Assembly (NCBI GenBank): GCA_965112735.1
Contig: OZ218951.1
Span: 3,286,001 to 3,350,000 of the forward strand
DNA from: Phaeosaccion multiseriatum
Taxonomy: Eukaryota > Protista > Ochrophyta, other classes
Direction: 5' to 3'
Length of the DNA: 64,000 bases
Part shown: in pieces, positions 36,706 to 58,733 of the stretch
How positions within the stretch are numbered: position 1 is the first letter of the stretch
How the letters are laid out: each line of letters opens with the position of its first letter
Notes under the pieces: generated by a model
Database searches by the model: none
The model's input: only the letters and a program-made list of their open reading frames with translations
What the model was told of the DNA's origin: nothing
Position numbers and translations under genes: made by a program

Positions 36706-38323
36706 TCACACCACAAAGAGCTCGAGCTGTATGTGGTGGCTCAGCACTGTAAAGGCAGCCGCTGACCCCGCCACGGCCATGGCAATGTAGGGTGCCTTCT
36801 GCGCAAGCTTGGCCATGCCGCCCATCCGCTCCTCCCTCTCTCCGCGGGAGGTTCCCAGCTCGAACACCACCCCTGATTGCGTCTGTACGTACTTGTCGAG
36901 CAGATGGTTGCCTGTGCCCATGACTGGGCTGGTGGTGAGGGGTGATCCATCGCACACACCGGGGCAGCCCCACACCTCGCCTTGGAACTTGGATCCATCC
37001 TCGCTCACAAACCACTCCTCCAGCACGGCGGGCTGAGTGAGTTGGGAGTGAGTGGGTGGGGTGGGTGTGGGGTGGTGATGTGATGTGATGTGCGTGTGTA
37101 GTGGGTGGGGGGGGGGTGGGTGGGTGGGTGGGGGGGGGGGAAGGGGTGTGTTTTGCAGTTGGCGTGGGAGGTTGTTTGTGTAAGAAGTTAATTAAAAAGT
37201 GCGGCGTAAGCCAACACCGTCCGTGGAGACGTAGCAGGCAAAACCCTAACCCTTGAAGCTAAGTCTGGCTGGTACCGTGGAAGGAGTAGAAGCAGGTTGG
37301 AGGAGAAAGAGGTTTGTGAAGGAGGAGAAGATACTAGGGCTATCAGCGGCCAGTTTGGGAGTGGAGGAGTGGTAGAGGAAGAAGAGAAGGAGGAGTGTGG
37401 ACGGGAGATTTCTGTTGAGTGGGGAGGCAAGCGAGAAGCACGAAGCGATCCTCATGCACCCAGAGAACATTCCCCATTCATCTTACCTGCTGGTAGAAGA
37501 GTGTCAATGGATCCACGACCGGGAAATTGCTGCCGCTGGTGCTCCTGCTGCTTGTGTCCGTACCTCCGCTACTCCTCTTCCTACTCCTGGCGCTCCTCCC
37601 CGTCAGTTGAAGCCATCTTGTCCTGACCTCCTCGGGGCTATAGTGGCATAGCTCTGGTACGTCGAGAATCATCCGCCTCCATAAAACATGCTTGCCTGAC
37701 CCGATGGCATATCTGACGCAACGCGAAGGCACAAGTGGTCAAGATGGAGAGGACGGGGGGGGAGAGGGGGTGGTGCTAAGAAGATCATATCTCTTGGCCC
37801 TTTCCAGTCACCACCGATGGCCCGGTCCTCCTCCGATGGCCCTCACAAGGGTTGACTCAGACTAGACTTACCTTGGATATGTGTCTTGTATCAGCCAGTC
37901 TTCCACTTCAGTCCACTGCCCTCCCCCCTCCTCCGCCCCACTATCTACCCCCCTCTCTTCCTTCTCCTTCTCCTCCTCTTGCTGCTGCTGCTGCTGCTGC
38001 TGGGGGTGTTTGTCCTCCCCATCATTCTGCCGCGCTCTTTCCTTTGTTGCAGTCGGTCCTTCCCCACTGGTGGAAGCGGTTGTTCCATTCTCTGCTACAG
38101 CCAATGAGGCAGGAGCCCTTGCCGTGCCACTACCGCGGCTACTGCTGCTACTGCTGCTACTGCTGTAGGCCCGGTGCAGCACCCTCGAGCGCCTCGATGA
38201 ACACCTTGAGGTGGGGGAAGGTTCCTTCTTCAGGGAAACATGGCTCCTCTGCAGAGTCAAGGGGGGGGCAAATCCCCGAACTTCCACCACGGGAAGGAAG
38301 AGGGCAATTGCAAGAGCTCTCAT
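36706..38323 (-). CDS. Plastid-targeted protein of unknown function (3 exons)
   Basis: MRALAIALFLPVVEVRG-FAPP = signal peptide + F motif, then a Ser/Arg-rich transit peptide. Exons 38323-37872, ~37712-37487 and ~37033-36706 join in frame (WTEVEDWLIQDTYPR|YAIG...FYQQ|PAVLEEWFV...); hydrophobic C-terminus. Confidence 0.75.
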
Positions 38324-38607
38324 ACCTCTACACCCTAGTCCTTCCGCTACATGTATGGAAAAAGAAAGAGAGGGGTCAAGCTTTGAAGATGATTCAGTTT
38401 CCGTTTCAGTTTCAGCATAGTATCCATACAATTTCAATTTCGCCCCTCCTCCAACCCCACCGGTCACTGAGGGAAAGCATGGTTGTGTTGCAAAAAAAAA
38501 TAAAATAAAATCCCAAACCATGCTCCCAGCCGCAGCAGCGCGCGGAAGAAGGCTTCTGGCAATAATCCGCTGCCCTGGGTGATGCCGAATTCTATGCCAA
38601 AGTGGGG

Positions 38608-39284
38608 ATGGAGTTCATCCAGACGCAGCTGTTTCCCTTCCTGTCCAAGACCTTTGGCAAGAGGCACGGATGTCGTTGCTACTTTCCCCTGTCTCCGTGC
38701 TCTCGCCTGTATTATGGATGCCCTTCCAGAGGGGGTGGTGCATGACGCGGAGGAGCTCCAAGAGCAGCAGGCGGGGATCCTGGGCTTTGTCTTAACGCCA
38801 AGGCAAGTTGGCACAATTCGGGGCCACCTCAAGCCGAAGGAGGAAGAGCAGGAGCAGGAGGAGGAGGAGGACGCAAAGCAGCGCTGGCCTCGAATTGTGC
38901 TCGATGTCCAATGATGTGCGTCTGCTCAGGGACACCGTCACCATCTGCAAGAGGAGTGCTCCGGAGGCGGACAACCCTGGCCCTCCTGCTGGTGCTGCTG
39001 GTGCTGGTGCTGGTGGTGCTGCTACTGCTGCTGCAGCTGATGCAACTGTCTCTGCTGGTGCCGTAGTACCATCTGTTGCTGCTGCTGCGGTGGGGGAGGG
39101 GGAGGAGGAGGAGGAGGAGGCGGGGGGGGGGGAGGCGGGGGAGGGCCGGGGGGAGGAGGAGGAGGAGGGTGCTTCTGCTGTGGCACCAACTGCTGCGCCT
39201 GCTGCTGTAGTACCAGCTGCCTCCGCTGTAGCACCAACTGCTGCGCCTGCCGCTGTAGCACCAACTGCTGCTGCGGACGAGTAG
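38608..39284 (+). CDS. Short hypothetical protein with Ala/Glu-rich tail; 5' structure uncertain
   Basis: GVVHDAEELQEQQAGILGFVLTP joins RDTVTICKRSAPEADNPG in frame via a GC-AG intron 38803-38929. The start codon and first intron are guesses. Confidence 0.35.
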
Positions 39285-39531
39285 CCCCCCCCCTCAGGCA
39301 TGGGGGAACGCCAAGAAGTGGGCGGAGTGGAAGGAGGCTTGGGGGGAGTTTTGTCAACTCCCCGCCGTCTCCGCTTGGCCGGAGGGAGCAAGCAGAGGGC
39401 CGTCCAAGTCACAAGCACCGAGTCAGTGGGAGGTCCTCAAGTTGAAAGGCGAGCACAGGGCCTGCATGCTCGCCACAATCAACACGAAGAAAGGGAAGCT
39501 GCCCTGCCCCTTGGGCACGGGAAGAATCAAC

Positions 39532-39611
39532 ATTTGGCTGTTCAGATGCAGCTTCTGTCGAGAGGTGGGATCTGATGCCATTTGATAGAAGCTGCATCTG
39601 AACAGCCAAAT
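39532..39611 (+). ncRNA. Pre-miRNA-like hairpin 1
   Basis: 25-bp perfect inverted repeat (39532-39556 / 39587-39611), extended 6 bp by pairs that include three G-U wobbles on the + strand. Confidence 0.5.
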
Positions 39612-39622
39612 ACCTGCCGCCT

Positions 39623-39800
39623 CCAAGAGCATGAGGCTAGAGCAGCTGGTCCAGCCCAACAGGTCCAGACTCGTGGCGGAGGCGAGAAATCGACAAGGGT
39701 GCAACGGCAGGTATCTATCTCCTGCCGGTTGCATCCTTGTCGGTGTCTCGCCTCAGCCGCGAGTCTGGACCTGTTGGCTGCTCTAGCCTCATGCTCTTGG
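39623..39800 (+). ncRNA. Long hairpin 2 (pre-miRNA/hpRNA-like)
   Basis: ~80-bp imperfect stem, 9-nt loop TATCTATCT, one 10-nt bulge, three G-U pairs, two mismatches and one 1-nt bulge. Confidence 0.5.
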
Positions 39801-40809
39801 CGCTTCCCTTTCTCCTCTTCCAATTGGCTTTTCGCATACAATGTACACTGTACAACCAATAATTCGTTTTAATTTTAGTCTTTCTTTCTTTCTTTCTTTC
39901 GACAAGTCACAAAGTCCATATCTACATAGTGCCCTACTCAAGTGTTTCCCTCCTCCAGTAAGCCAGAAGAAGAAGAAGAAGAAGAAGAAGAAGAAGAAGA
40001 AGATGAAGCGTTAACACACACCATCAGAGCCACAAGCCAGTCATGACAGTCAAAGCCAGTCCAAGCCTGCGCAGCCCACACCCTTCCTTCCGCCGTGAGG
40101 ACTACCCCGTCTCATGCGCAATGTGCAGAGAGAGCGTACAAGCCTCGTTCTGGCTCGGCGCCTGACTCGCTCCTGTCCTTGCGTCGTTCTGGCTCGGCTC
40201 CTGCCCTCCCGTCACACACCTCTCCCTCTCCTCCCATTCGGAGAAATGCTCTGTTTTTGTCGTGAGCCTCTCTTCGCCTCTCTGCTGCGTATGTACAGTG
40301 CGGAACAAATCTCACCACACTGCGGAGCATTCTGTCGAATCGCTGGGGTCTGGCAAAGGCTGCTGGCTGGAGGGAGCGTAGAGAAGCAAGGGTGCGCCTT
40401 GGTCCATTCGGGCCTTTGCCTGACCCATGATAGATAGAGTGATACATGCATCATGCCGCATACATACATACATGGTACACGCTCGCCTCGCCTCGCCTCG
40501 TGTGTTTCTGTCCTCGCCTCCTCGCTAGTAGCGGTCCAGTCTTCACCAAATGCTTCGCACCGCAGCGGCCGAGCCGAGAAGAGTCAATAGCCCGGCGATG
40601 AAAGGAAACGGAGGTAATGTATAACGGCAGTCCGCTGCCTCACGACCAGCGTCCTTCCTCGCTTCCCCTCCCTCCTTTTACTTCCGCCCTTTGCCCGCCC
40701 TCCCTGACCGACCCGAAAGTCCCTCCCATCCCACTCGACCTGTCACCCCAACCCTTCCCTCCTCACTTACACCTCATCACTTGCTTACACCTCATCACTT
40801 GCTTACACC

Positions 40810-41233
40810 TCAACTCAAGGGCGCGGTGTCAGGGTCCACCTTCGCAGCTCCCCCACCCACGTCCGATCCCGACCCCGACACAGACTCGCGATGCCCTCGC
40901 CTCCCCCTGGGTGACCAGCATGCTTCTTTGCGCTGGGCCCTGGCGTAGGCCTGATTGTCAACTTCGATGACTTGGTCAGCTTCCAGCCACAAGAGGAGCC
41001 GTGCCTTCTTTTTGAGTTTGGCGTAACGCACCCAGTCGTGGTAGGTGCGGAAGGTCCTGTTTGAAGGGGGAAGGGGGGGAGAGGGAGAGGAGGACGAGGA
41101 GGAGGAGGAGGAGGAGGAGGAGGAGGAGGAGAGGAAATTAGGGGGGGGGGGGGGCGGAGGACGGGGAGGGAAGCATGGAGGGAGAGAGGGAGAGGGAGAG
41201 AGAGAGCGTAGGGGGGGGGGAGAGAGGGAAGGT

Positions 41234-41265
<32 letters not shown>

Positions 41266-43955
41266 ACACACACGCACAACACACACGCACCAGTAGGTGA
41301 GCAGCACTGCCAGCAGCACGTCAAGCGTGTAGTGGAGCTTGCTGCCAACGATGACGCACGCTGCTGAGAACACGTACAGGTACACGGCCCTGCGCACCCA
41401 CGCACAGGCCCGCTCCGTCACCATCCAGTCTCGGAAAAATACACGGGTCTGTAGCAGACAGATGGAGAGAGGGGGAGAGAGGGAAGAAGAGGGAGAGGGA
41501 GAGGGAGAGAGGTAGAGAGGGAGAGAGGGAGAGTGGGAGAGAGATAAGAGAGAGAGAAACATGAAGAGATGAGAGTAATACTTAGAAAAGATGCGGTAGT
41601 GCCAAAATTGCCATACTGTCCTCCTTCAGCCACGCACCCCTCCCCTCTCCCTCCTCCCCTCCTCCCCTCCTCCCCTCCTCCCCTCCTCCCCTCCTCCCCT
41701 CTCCCCTCCTCCCCTCCTCCCCTCTCCTCTCCCTCCTTCCCCCTCTCTCTCACCCCTCACTCCTCATCCCTCTTTCACCTGCAGATGCTTTGCCGAGCAG
41801 TACTTTTTAAAGATGCAGAGAAACATCATGAGGCTCGTCGTGTGACCTGAGAACACCATGTCGCCACAAGTCACTATCGACGTGGGGGCCAGGCTGAGCG
41901 AGGGGAGGGTAGAGGAGGGGTGGGGAGAGGAGGGAGGGGAGCGGGGGGGGGGGTGGGGTGAGGGAGAGGGAGAGAGAGGGGAGGGAGGGGAGGGAGGGAG
42001 GGAGGGAGGGAGGGAGGGAGGGAGGGAGGGAGGGGGGGAGGGAGGGAGGGAGGGAGGGAGGGAGGGAGGGAGGGAGGGAGGGAGGGAGGGAGGGAGGGAG
42101 GGAGGGAGAGAGGGAGGGAGGGAGGGAGGGAAGGAGGGAAGGGAATCCAACGAACCTGAACTCCAGAGCTTTGAAAAAGGCCTGCGGGAACATGGGCTGG
42201 GACTTGTAGGCACCTTCCTCCTCGGAGCCGAACTGGGCTCGACATACGGGGCTGGCGTCGGGGAGCACCGTTACAGAAACAGAGATGGCTCGCATGCACA
42301 AGAGCAGGCCGCTGTAGGTGAGGGATAGGTGGGTGGTGTGTGTGTGTGTGCGTTTGGGGGGGGGGGTACGTGGGTGGTTTGATCGTGAGAAGTAGTCTTG
42401 TAGGGCAACCATAGAGAGGGGTAGAGACAAGAGGACAGGGATACAGGAGTGGCCGGGATGGTTGTGGACGACAAGCAAACGGACCGGCCTCCTGACTACA
42501 GAAGTTTCGATTTCGACTCCATTTATCGGGTTCGATGTTGATAAAACTGCAAACTGCAAACTGCAAACTGGCCTCCAAACGAGCGTGAATGACCAACCTG
42601 ATCATGAAGAAGCGCCGCGCAATGAGAAATCTCTTGGGGTGCAGCGCGGTGAAGGCGATGGTGAATCGCATGAGTCGCAGCACCAGCCTGTTTGGGGGGG
42701 GAAGGGGCAGGAAGTTTTCAGTTTCGGCTGATTAAGTCGCTACCAGCATGCCCGCCAGCCAGCCAGCCAGCCAGTCAATGAGTGTCAACCAAGAGGTCTA
42801 AATAGAACATCGAGTAGTGTCGATATCGGACATCCCTCCCTCGGTCCTTCATTGGGTACAGCTGCACCTACACCTACCTGTTGGGCAGGTCTTCGTCGTC
42901 TATGTGGTCCTTGTTGTGTCCCCACAGACTGAGCACAATGCTCCACAAGTCGTGTCCCAAGTCGGGCAGCGTGTGCGGTGACTCCAAGGGCTCCATGTTG
43001 TGGTCGAGGAAAAAGGCGTATGGGTTGCGCACACTGGACGTTACAGTCGCCAAGGCATTCGCGTACACCTACTCTCTCAAGACGGGGGGGGGCGGGGGGG
43101 GGGGATGAGTGGACGGGTATAGAAGGGACTTGGGGATGGATGGCTTCGGGTGCGGGAGAGACGAAGCTGGGCAGGGGGGGGAGAGGGGAAGGGGGAGTGC
43201 CGGAGTGTCGGCACGGACACGTGTTGAGAGAGAGAGAGGAGACGCACACAACACATACGGAGAGAGAGAGAGAGAGACTTACCGCAAACATGAAGAAGAG
43301 GCCTGCAGCGATGATTCTGCTCATGTAGAAGGAGGTAAAGAGCTCAGGCACCACGCAGGACCTCTCCAGCACATCGTGCACCGTGTCCAGCAAGAAGCGC
43401 CAGCTCGGAGACAGGTGTCCGTGGTACACCCACGTGCTCGCACAAGCCTCTGCTGTCGCCCCCCCCCCCACGGTGGCTGTGGCCGTGGTGGTGGTAGTGG
43501 TGGTGGTGGTGGAGGTGGTCACGGTGGTATAATTCAGTGTTCGACTCGCGCCGCCGGTGCAGCTGCTGGCGCTACTGCTGCTGTTCGTGTAGCTACTGCT
43601 ACTGAGATGACCTGTGTCACATGCGAGCCGTGTCTGCGTCGCCGTGGACGCGCTCAGCTCCTGCTGCTCCTCCCGCCGCGGCTTCTTGCAAAGAGGGCCA
43701 ACGACCCCCGTCAGTAGCTGCTGCTGCATACCCAGCCCTCCGTCGCTGCGGCATGGAACATGACAACGAGGGTGGGAGATGAAAAATTAAACACAGGCAG
43801 ATGAGATGAGGCGAAGCGGTTCGGGGCTCCCAGGGGTCGTCTTACATCATCTTTCTCACGCGGGTGCACCCGCGCCTCGAGCGACCCATTCCCACCGCTA
43901 GTGATGTTCCCCCTGTCCCTGCTCCTGCCGCCTCTGCCGCTCTATCCTCTCCCAT
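40810..43955 (-). CDS. Sphingomyelin synthase / inositol-phosphorylceramide synthase family (PAP2 superfamily)
   Basis: Family motifs across exons: TLPDLGHD, RRFFMI..MRAISVSVTVLP, TCGDMVFSGHT, HYTLDVLLAVLLTYW. ATG 43955 splices in frame to DGGLGMQQQ; stop 40810. Confidence 0.9.
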
Positions 43956-44301
43956 TAGTCTTGTCAGCCTCTGCTCCTGGCTTCAATTTCAGGAGGCCAT
44001 GCTTTCAGAGAGAAGAATGTGGACAAGAAAGGGAGAAGCCGCACAGCCACACGCGTACAGGTAGCAAGGCTCACTGGGGTTGAGGAAGACTCAGACCAGC
44101 TCTTAGTGGGGTGTCAAGTTGACTTCACAAGCTGAGGTAGAAAAACAGAAAACAGGAGCTGAGGTTGTGGATTTGGAAGGTTGTGACGACGATTGCCGCG
44201 CTGAAGTCAACGACCCCAGGGGATGCGATTTCTGTAACTTGTAAATCCCTCTTACCCGTCCACCCCCCTTCTTCTCCCTCTTGGACAGAGGAGGGGCCAC
44301 A

Positions 44302-52999
<8,698 letters not shown>

Positions 53000-53147
53000 G
53001 CTCCCTCAGTCCTCGGAAAGGACTAATAACACATGAAGCTCGAGCCCTACTGGCCCACTCCCTGACCCTAGCAGGGCCTTGAGCCATGGACTGCCATCGC
53101 TACACAGTATCCCCCTTTCTTATCCGACCGCGCTCTTCGTTTGAGCG

Positions 53148-53243
53148 TTGATAGGGTAGGGAAGTGTCCGTAACCTATTGAATTGATAGGGCAGGGAAGT
53201 GTCCGTAACCTATTGATAGGGTAGGGAAGTGTCCATAACCTAA
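53148..53243. repeat. Three ~30-35 bp tandem repeats TTGATAGGGYAGGGAAGTGTCCRTAACCTA
   Basis: Direct inspection; intergenic. Confidence 0.85.
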
Positions 53244-54245
53244 GGTACGAAGCGAACGAGTTAGTGATACAAGCCCCTTTCACCGCAGTTTTTGAGGTTA
53301 TGCAGATTTCCTGGCCTGTCCAGCACTCACCCGAGATGGATGGCACCTCATGGTTGGACACATTTGGCTTATACAAGGCGTGAGCCTCGAGGCTTGGAGA
53401 GGAGCCTCATTCTCTTACGTCTGAGGAGTGTGTAAATAAGAAAACAATAGCATGTAGGTACGTCGTGCTGTGGAGGACCAGGAGCTAAGCCCCTGGGCCC
53501 CTGGTTGGCCCGTCCCTCAGTTCTTCTGAAACTGGAATTTCAGCCCCATGCACGCCTAGCAGCCTAGGCCAAATATTTGGGAAAATTGCCCGGCCTAGGG
53601 AGGGCCGAAGGCCCTCGGCCTATTTATATGCAGGCCGGAGGCCCGCGGCCTGGGGCAGACGCCAACTAGGCGGACGGTGGGAGTGCCCAGAGTGCAAAGA
53701 GTAGTCATTTTAAAGCAAATGTATTGAAGAGGAGTGCAGGCCTACAGGTGTGCTGCTACCCACTGGCTGGGCGGCACCACGCACGCGCTCACGGTCACTG
53801 GGAGGCTGCCTAGAGGCGGGCTAGAGGCCGCCTAGGACTGAAAAGTGAGCGGCCTAGAGCGGCCAGAGCCCGCCGGTCTAGGCCTAGAACCTAGAACGGC
53901 CGAAGGCCGAGCGGCCTAGCGGCCTAGAGCAAAATCGTTACCGTTAGGTGTGTGCATGGGGCTGACGAATTTAAACTCAATTCTGAAACTGAAACTGAAA
54001 GTCTTGGCCTTGTCTTGCCTTGGGCAGCCTTCTTGAGGAGGCGCTGTCGCGCTGCCGACGACACTCGCGAGGAGAGCACTCGTTAGGAGAGCACTCGTTT
54101 TCGCTGTTGTACCAAAGCAATGAAAAGAGAAGAGAAGAGAGGGTGTGAGAGAATGCCCATTTGTGAGTGCTTGCGTTGGTAATCCAACCCCCCAGGGGTC
54201 ATATGTCATCTGCTTCCACAAAGTTCTGTCTTTGTCATTGTGGCC

Positions 54246-55719
54246 ATGGGTGTCTTCCTGAGCACACCGTGTACGGACAAGTTCACGGAGGAGGGAGAGG
54301 ATGAGCGGGTCAAGTACGCTGCCACAGAGATGCAGGTAAGTGGTAATCACCTTTGCCCTTCAACTGCCGACCCACTCTTCACCACCAAATGTTCTCGTTT
54401 GCCCCGCAATTGACTATCCAATGGCTGGTAGGGCTGGAGGAAAAGTATGGAGGACGCCCACCTCTCCGTCTTGGATCTACCCGTGCCCGTTTCCGCTGCA
54501 ACGGCGGGGAGCACGGAGCAGAAGGGGGACGATGCCGGTGAGTGGAAAAGCTGATCACAAAGGCATTTACAATTTGTACCCTTGGCCCGGTGTTGGATGA
54601 CCTGACACTCCTGTCGAGAAGCGTTGTCAGACGGGGCTTCTCCACCGTCGGCTCTTCCCGAGAGTCGTCTCTCACCCTTGTCGTCTGCCCTGTCCTCGTC
54701 GGTGGCAGCCTCCCAAGGAAGCCGCATCAGCTCCAGCACCAGCAGCAGCGGCCCCGCTGTGGCTCGCCTGTTCGGAGTGTGGGACGGGCACGGCGGTAAG
54801 GAGGTGGCCAAGTTCACTGAGGCGCACTTCTCCGAGGAACTGATCAACCTCCCAGAGTTCCAGGTACGTCGGTACATGGGAGCGGATAGGAGGGGCGAAG
54901 GAGAGAGAGGGATGGAGGGAGAAGAGAGGGAGGAGAAGGAAAAAAGGGTGGGAAAGCTCGCACCAGGGTCGGTATGGAACGAAGTCAGACAGTCAGTCAG
55001 CCAGTCAGTCAGTCAGTCAGTCAGTCAGCCAGCCAGTCAGTCAGTCAGTCAGTCTCCTCAGCCCGACCTCTCATGTCCTCGGCACTTCCTTGAGCGGTGT
55101 GTGGCGCCCTCTGCCCACCCTGTTGTGCTACCCGTCCCCCGCCCTCTCTCTCACTTCTCTCTCCTTCCCTCTCCCCCTGTATTTCCCTTTCTATCTCTCT
55201 CCTCTCTCTCTCCCTCTCCCTCTCCCTCTCTCTCCTCTCTCTCTCCCTCTCCCTCTCCCTCTCTCTCCTCTCTCTCTCCCTCTCCCTCTCCCTCTCTCGC
55301 TCCTCTCTCTCTCTCTCTCTTTGGTTGCGTGTGCCGTGCCAATATGTTGGCAACATGCTGGAGTAGGAGGGCCACTACGGTCAAGCGCTGTTCCGCGCCT
55401 TCCTGCGTGTGGACGAACTTCTGCAGGACCTCACCAAGGTCCAGCCAGAACTCGAGGTCAGAGTGGCAGTGGACGGAGTATACGGGATGGATGGCAGGGG
55501 ATGGGGGTTGTGGTTGGTATGGGGGATGGATGGCAATTGAAGGAATGCCTCCTGTACTTGTCCCTGTATGTGGGTCTCTGAGCCACTGATGCTGATTGAC
55601 GCTGATGTATCTCTGTGCCTTCCCTCTGCTCGGGGCAGGAGTATCGCAGAATACAGGACCCAAGTGAGCGAAGGAAGGGGGGAGAAGGACCAAATGTGAG
55701 TACCGCGCTTGTGTCCTTC

Positions 55720-55775
<56 letters not shown>

Positions 55776-55807
55776 GATGATGATGATGCTGTTGTTGATG
55801 ATGATGC

Positions 55808-55841
<34 letters not shown>

Positions 55842-56545
55842 GATGCTGTTAATTGTTGGTTGTTGGCTTATGTTTGGCACCACAGAGGACAAAAGGAAGG
55901 AGCCTTGTCCCGGTCCGTAAAGCCAAGCGAAGTGCAAGTGAGAGCCCCGGCAGCACAGGAAGGGGGTCGTCAATAGAAGAGGAGGGCAAAGCAGGGGGGG
56001 CGGAGGGCGAGGACGACGAAGAGGAGGAGGAGGAGGAGGAGGAGAAGGGAGGAGGGGGGGCGGGTGCAGGCGGTGACGGTGCTGAGGAGGAGGAGGAGGA
56101 GGAGGGGGCGGGGATGGAGCAGGGGGGAGCCATCAGCGCGACCGAAGCATTAGATCTGTTCCAGAATCTGCTTAAGATGAGCGGAAAGGGACAGGTGAGA
56201 AGTGGGGTGTGTGCGTGTGTGCGTGCGTGTTTGTGCGCGTGGGTGTGTGTGTGGGGGGGGAGGGAGGGAGGGGTGGAAGGGGGTGTAATCGATTTTGTAT
56301 GAGGGCATGGAAGGAAGATGGAAGGAAGGGCATTGGCGAGAGGGAGGCCCAACCAAGGAGGCCCAACCAAGGCTCTGCTCGCATCATTAGCGACTCTCTT
56401 TGTGAGTCTAGTACCATCCATTACCATCCGCCCCCACACGCACACCACACGCTGATGTCTACCTCCGTCTTTGCTTCTTCACTCAATATTGGCATGTCCC
56501 ATGCTTGTTATTTTGAACGTTGGGATCCTTTCGATCGATGTGTGC

Positions 56546-56593
<48 letters not shown>

Positions 56594-57469
56594 AGCTGAG
56601 AGGGACGGCGGGGGAGGGCGGCGAACACGGCCTTGACGAGAACGACGACGAAAGCATGGAGGCAACAACCGCAGAGGGGAAAGAGGGGAAGGAGGATGAG
56701 GAGGAAGCAGAGGCAGGGATGGGGAGCGGGCAGATGGTGGCCGCCAATGTACAAGCAGCAGAGGGAGGGGGGGTCGCAGCAGCAGGGGGGGCTGGGTGCG
56801 TAGCACTACCACGGATAAGTGTGCGCCAGTTGTTGGGCATGGATGCCCCTGGAAGTCAGGTGTGTCAGCTGCCCGACCATCCCATACAGGTATGTGGATA
56901 TATCAGTTTCAGTTTCAGTTTGTTTGACCCCTAATCAACGTCTGGCGGGCCCGTAATACAAGGGGATGGCAGCCAATTGATTTTCGCGTCGAAGTTAAAT
57001 CTGCCCTGCCTTCTGTGGATATATTCGATGTATGTCGAGTATCGATTCGTCGATTTTTGTTTTGTTATGACTGGTTTTCCATTTCCAGTGCCGGTTTCAG
57101 TTTATTCCATTCCAAGTCCATGACCTCCAAGTACAAAAGAGTTCCGTCTGAGTCAAGTCCCGTTGCTTGGAAGGGGATGAAGATCTAATGAAGTGGTGAC
57201 TCCCGTCCAGGCGGGCTGCACGAGTACGGTGGTGCTGCTGGTGGGGAATAGGCTCTACGTGGCCAACGCAGGCGACTCCAGGTCAGTCAGTACAAGGTGT
57301 CAAGTCAGTCAGTCAGTACAAGGTGTCAAGTCAGTCAGTACAAGGTGTCAAGTCAGTCAGTACAAGGTGTCAAGTCAGTCAGTACAAGGTGTCAAGTCAG
57401 TCAGTCAGTCAGTACAAGGTGTCAAGTCAGTCAGTACAAGGTGTCAAGTCAGTCAGGCAGTCAGTCTGT

Positions 57470-57512
<43 letters not shown>

Positions 57513-57800
57513 TCAGGCAGACAGTACGTTACGTCAGCCCGTCTATCGATCAATCAGTTCTCAAGTCTCTCTTTCCCGCAATGTACGGGGGCAGGGGCGA
57601 GGAGAGACGTGTGTTGTGTGTATGTATGTGCCCACTGCTTACCAAACCTTTCTCACTTGCTGTTTCTGTGCCCACTGCTTACCAAACCTTTCTCACTTGC
57701 TGTTTCATTCTCTCCTCGTTTCCCTCGTTCTTTCTACTGTTGTCGGACTGCCCGTGTGTGTGCGTGTATGTGCGCGCGTGCGTGTGTGTGTGCGTGTGTG

Positions 57801-57842
<42 letters not shown>

Positions 57843-58488
57843 GTGGTGTGCGTTCTGTGTTTGTGTGTTGTCCGTACGTGCGTGCGTGCGTACGTGCGTG
57901 TGCTTCCGTGCCTCAGGGCGGTGATGTGCCGCTCTGGCAAGGCGTTGGCTCTATCCGAGGACCACAAGCCTTCGCAACCCTCTGAGCTGGAGAGGATCCA
58001 CAAAGCGGGAGGATTCGTCAATCAGGTGTGTGTGCGTGTTGTGCGTGTGTGTGTGAGTGCGTGCGTGGTGTGTGTGCATGTGCGTGTCTGTGCGTGTGTG
58101 TTTGTGTGTGTGTCTGTGTGTGTTTGTGTGTGTCTGTGTGTGCATGTGTGTGTGCGTGGTGTGTGTGCGTGTGCATGTGTCTGTGCGTGTGTGTGTTTGT
58201 GTGTGTGCGTGTGTGTGTCTGTGTGTGTGCGTGCGTTCCAAATGTTTCTTATATTGTGCTTGTAGGGCATAGGGCACGACACACGAGCAAAGCGAAGCAA
58301 AGAAGGAGGAAGTGGTGGGGTGTCTTGGGCTCTTGTAACCAACCAACCAACCCAACACCTGACGCCTGACACCTGACACCTGATACCTGAACAGGCCGGC
58401 CGCATCAACGGAAACCTCAACCTGTCCCGCTCCATCGGCGACCTCAAGTACAAGGGCAACACCTCCCTGCCCCCCGAGGAACAGGTAC

Positions 58489-58520
<32 letters not shown>

Positions 58521-58698
58521 ATGAATGGATGGCTGACTATCTGACTGACTGACTAACTGACTGACTGACTGCCTGACTGACTGACTGACTGACTGACTGA
58601 CTGAATAAATGAGTGGCTGACGATCTGACTGACTGACTGACTGACTGAATGAATGACAGACAGACACACTGACTCACTGACTGACTGACTGAATGAAT

Positions 58699-58733
<35 letters not shown>

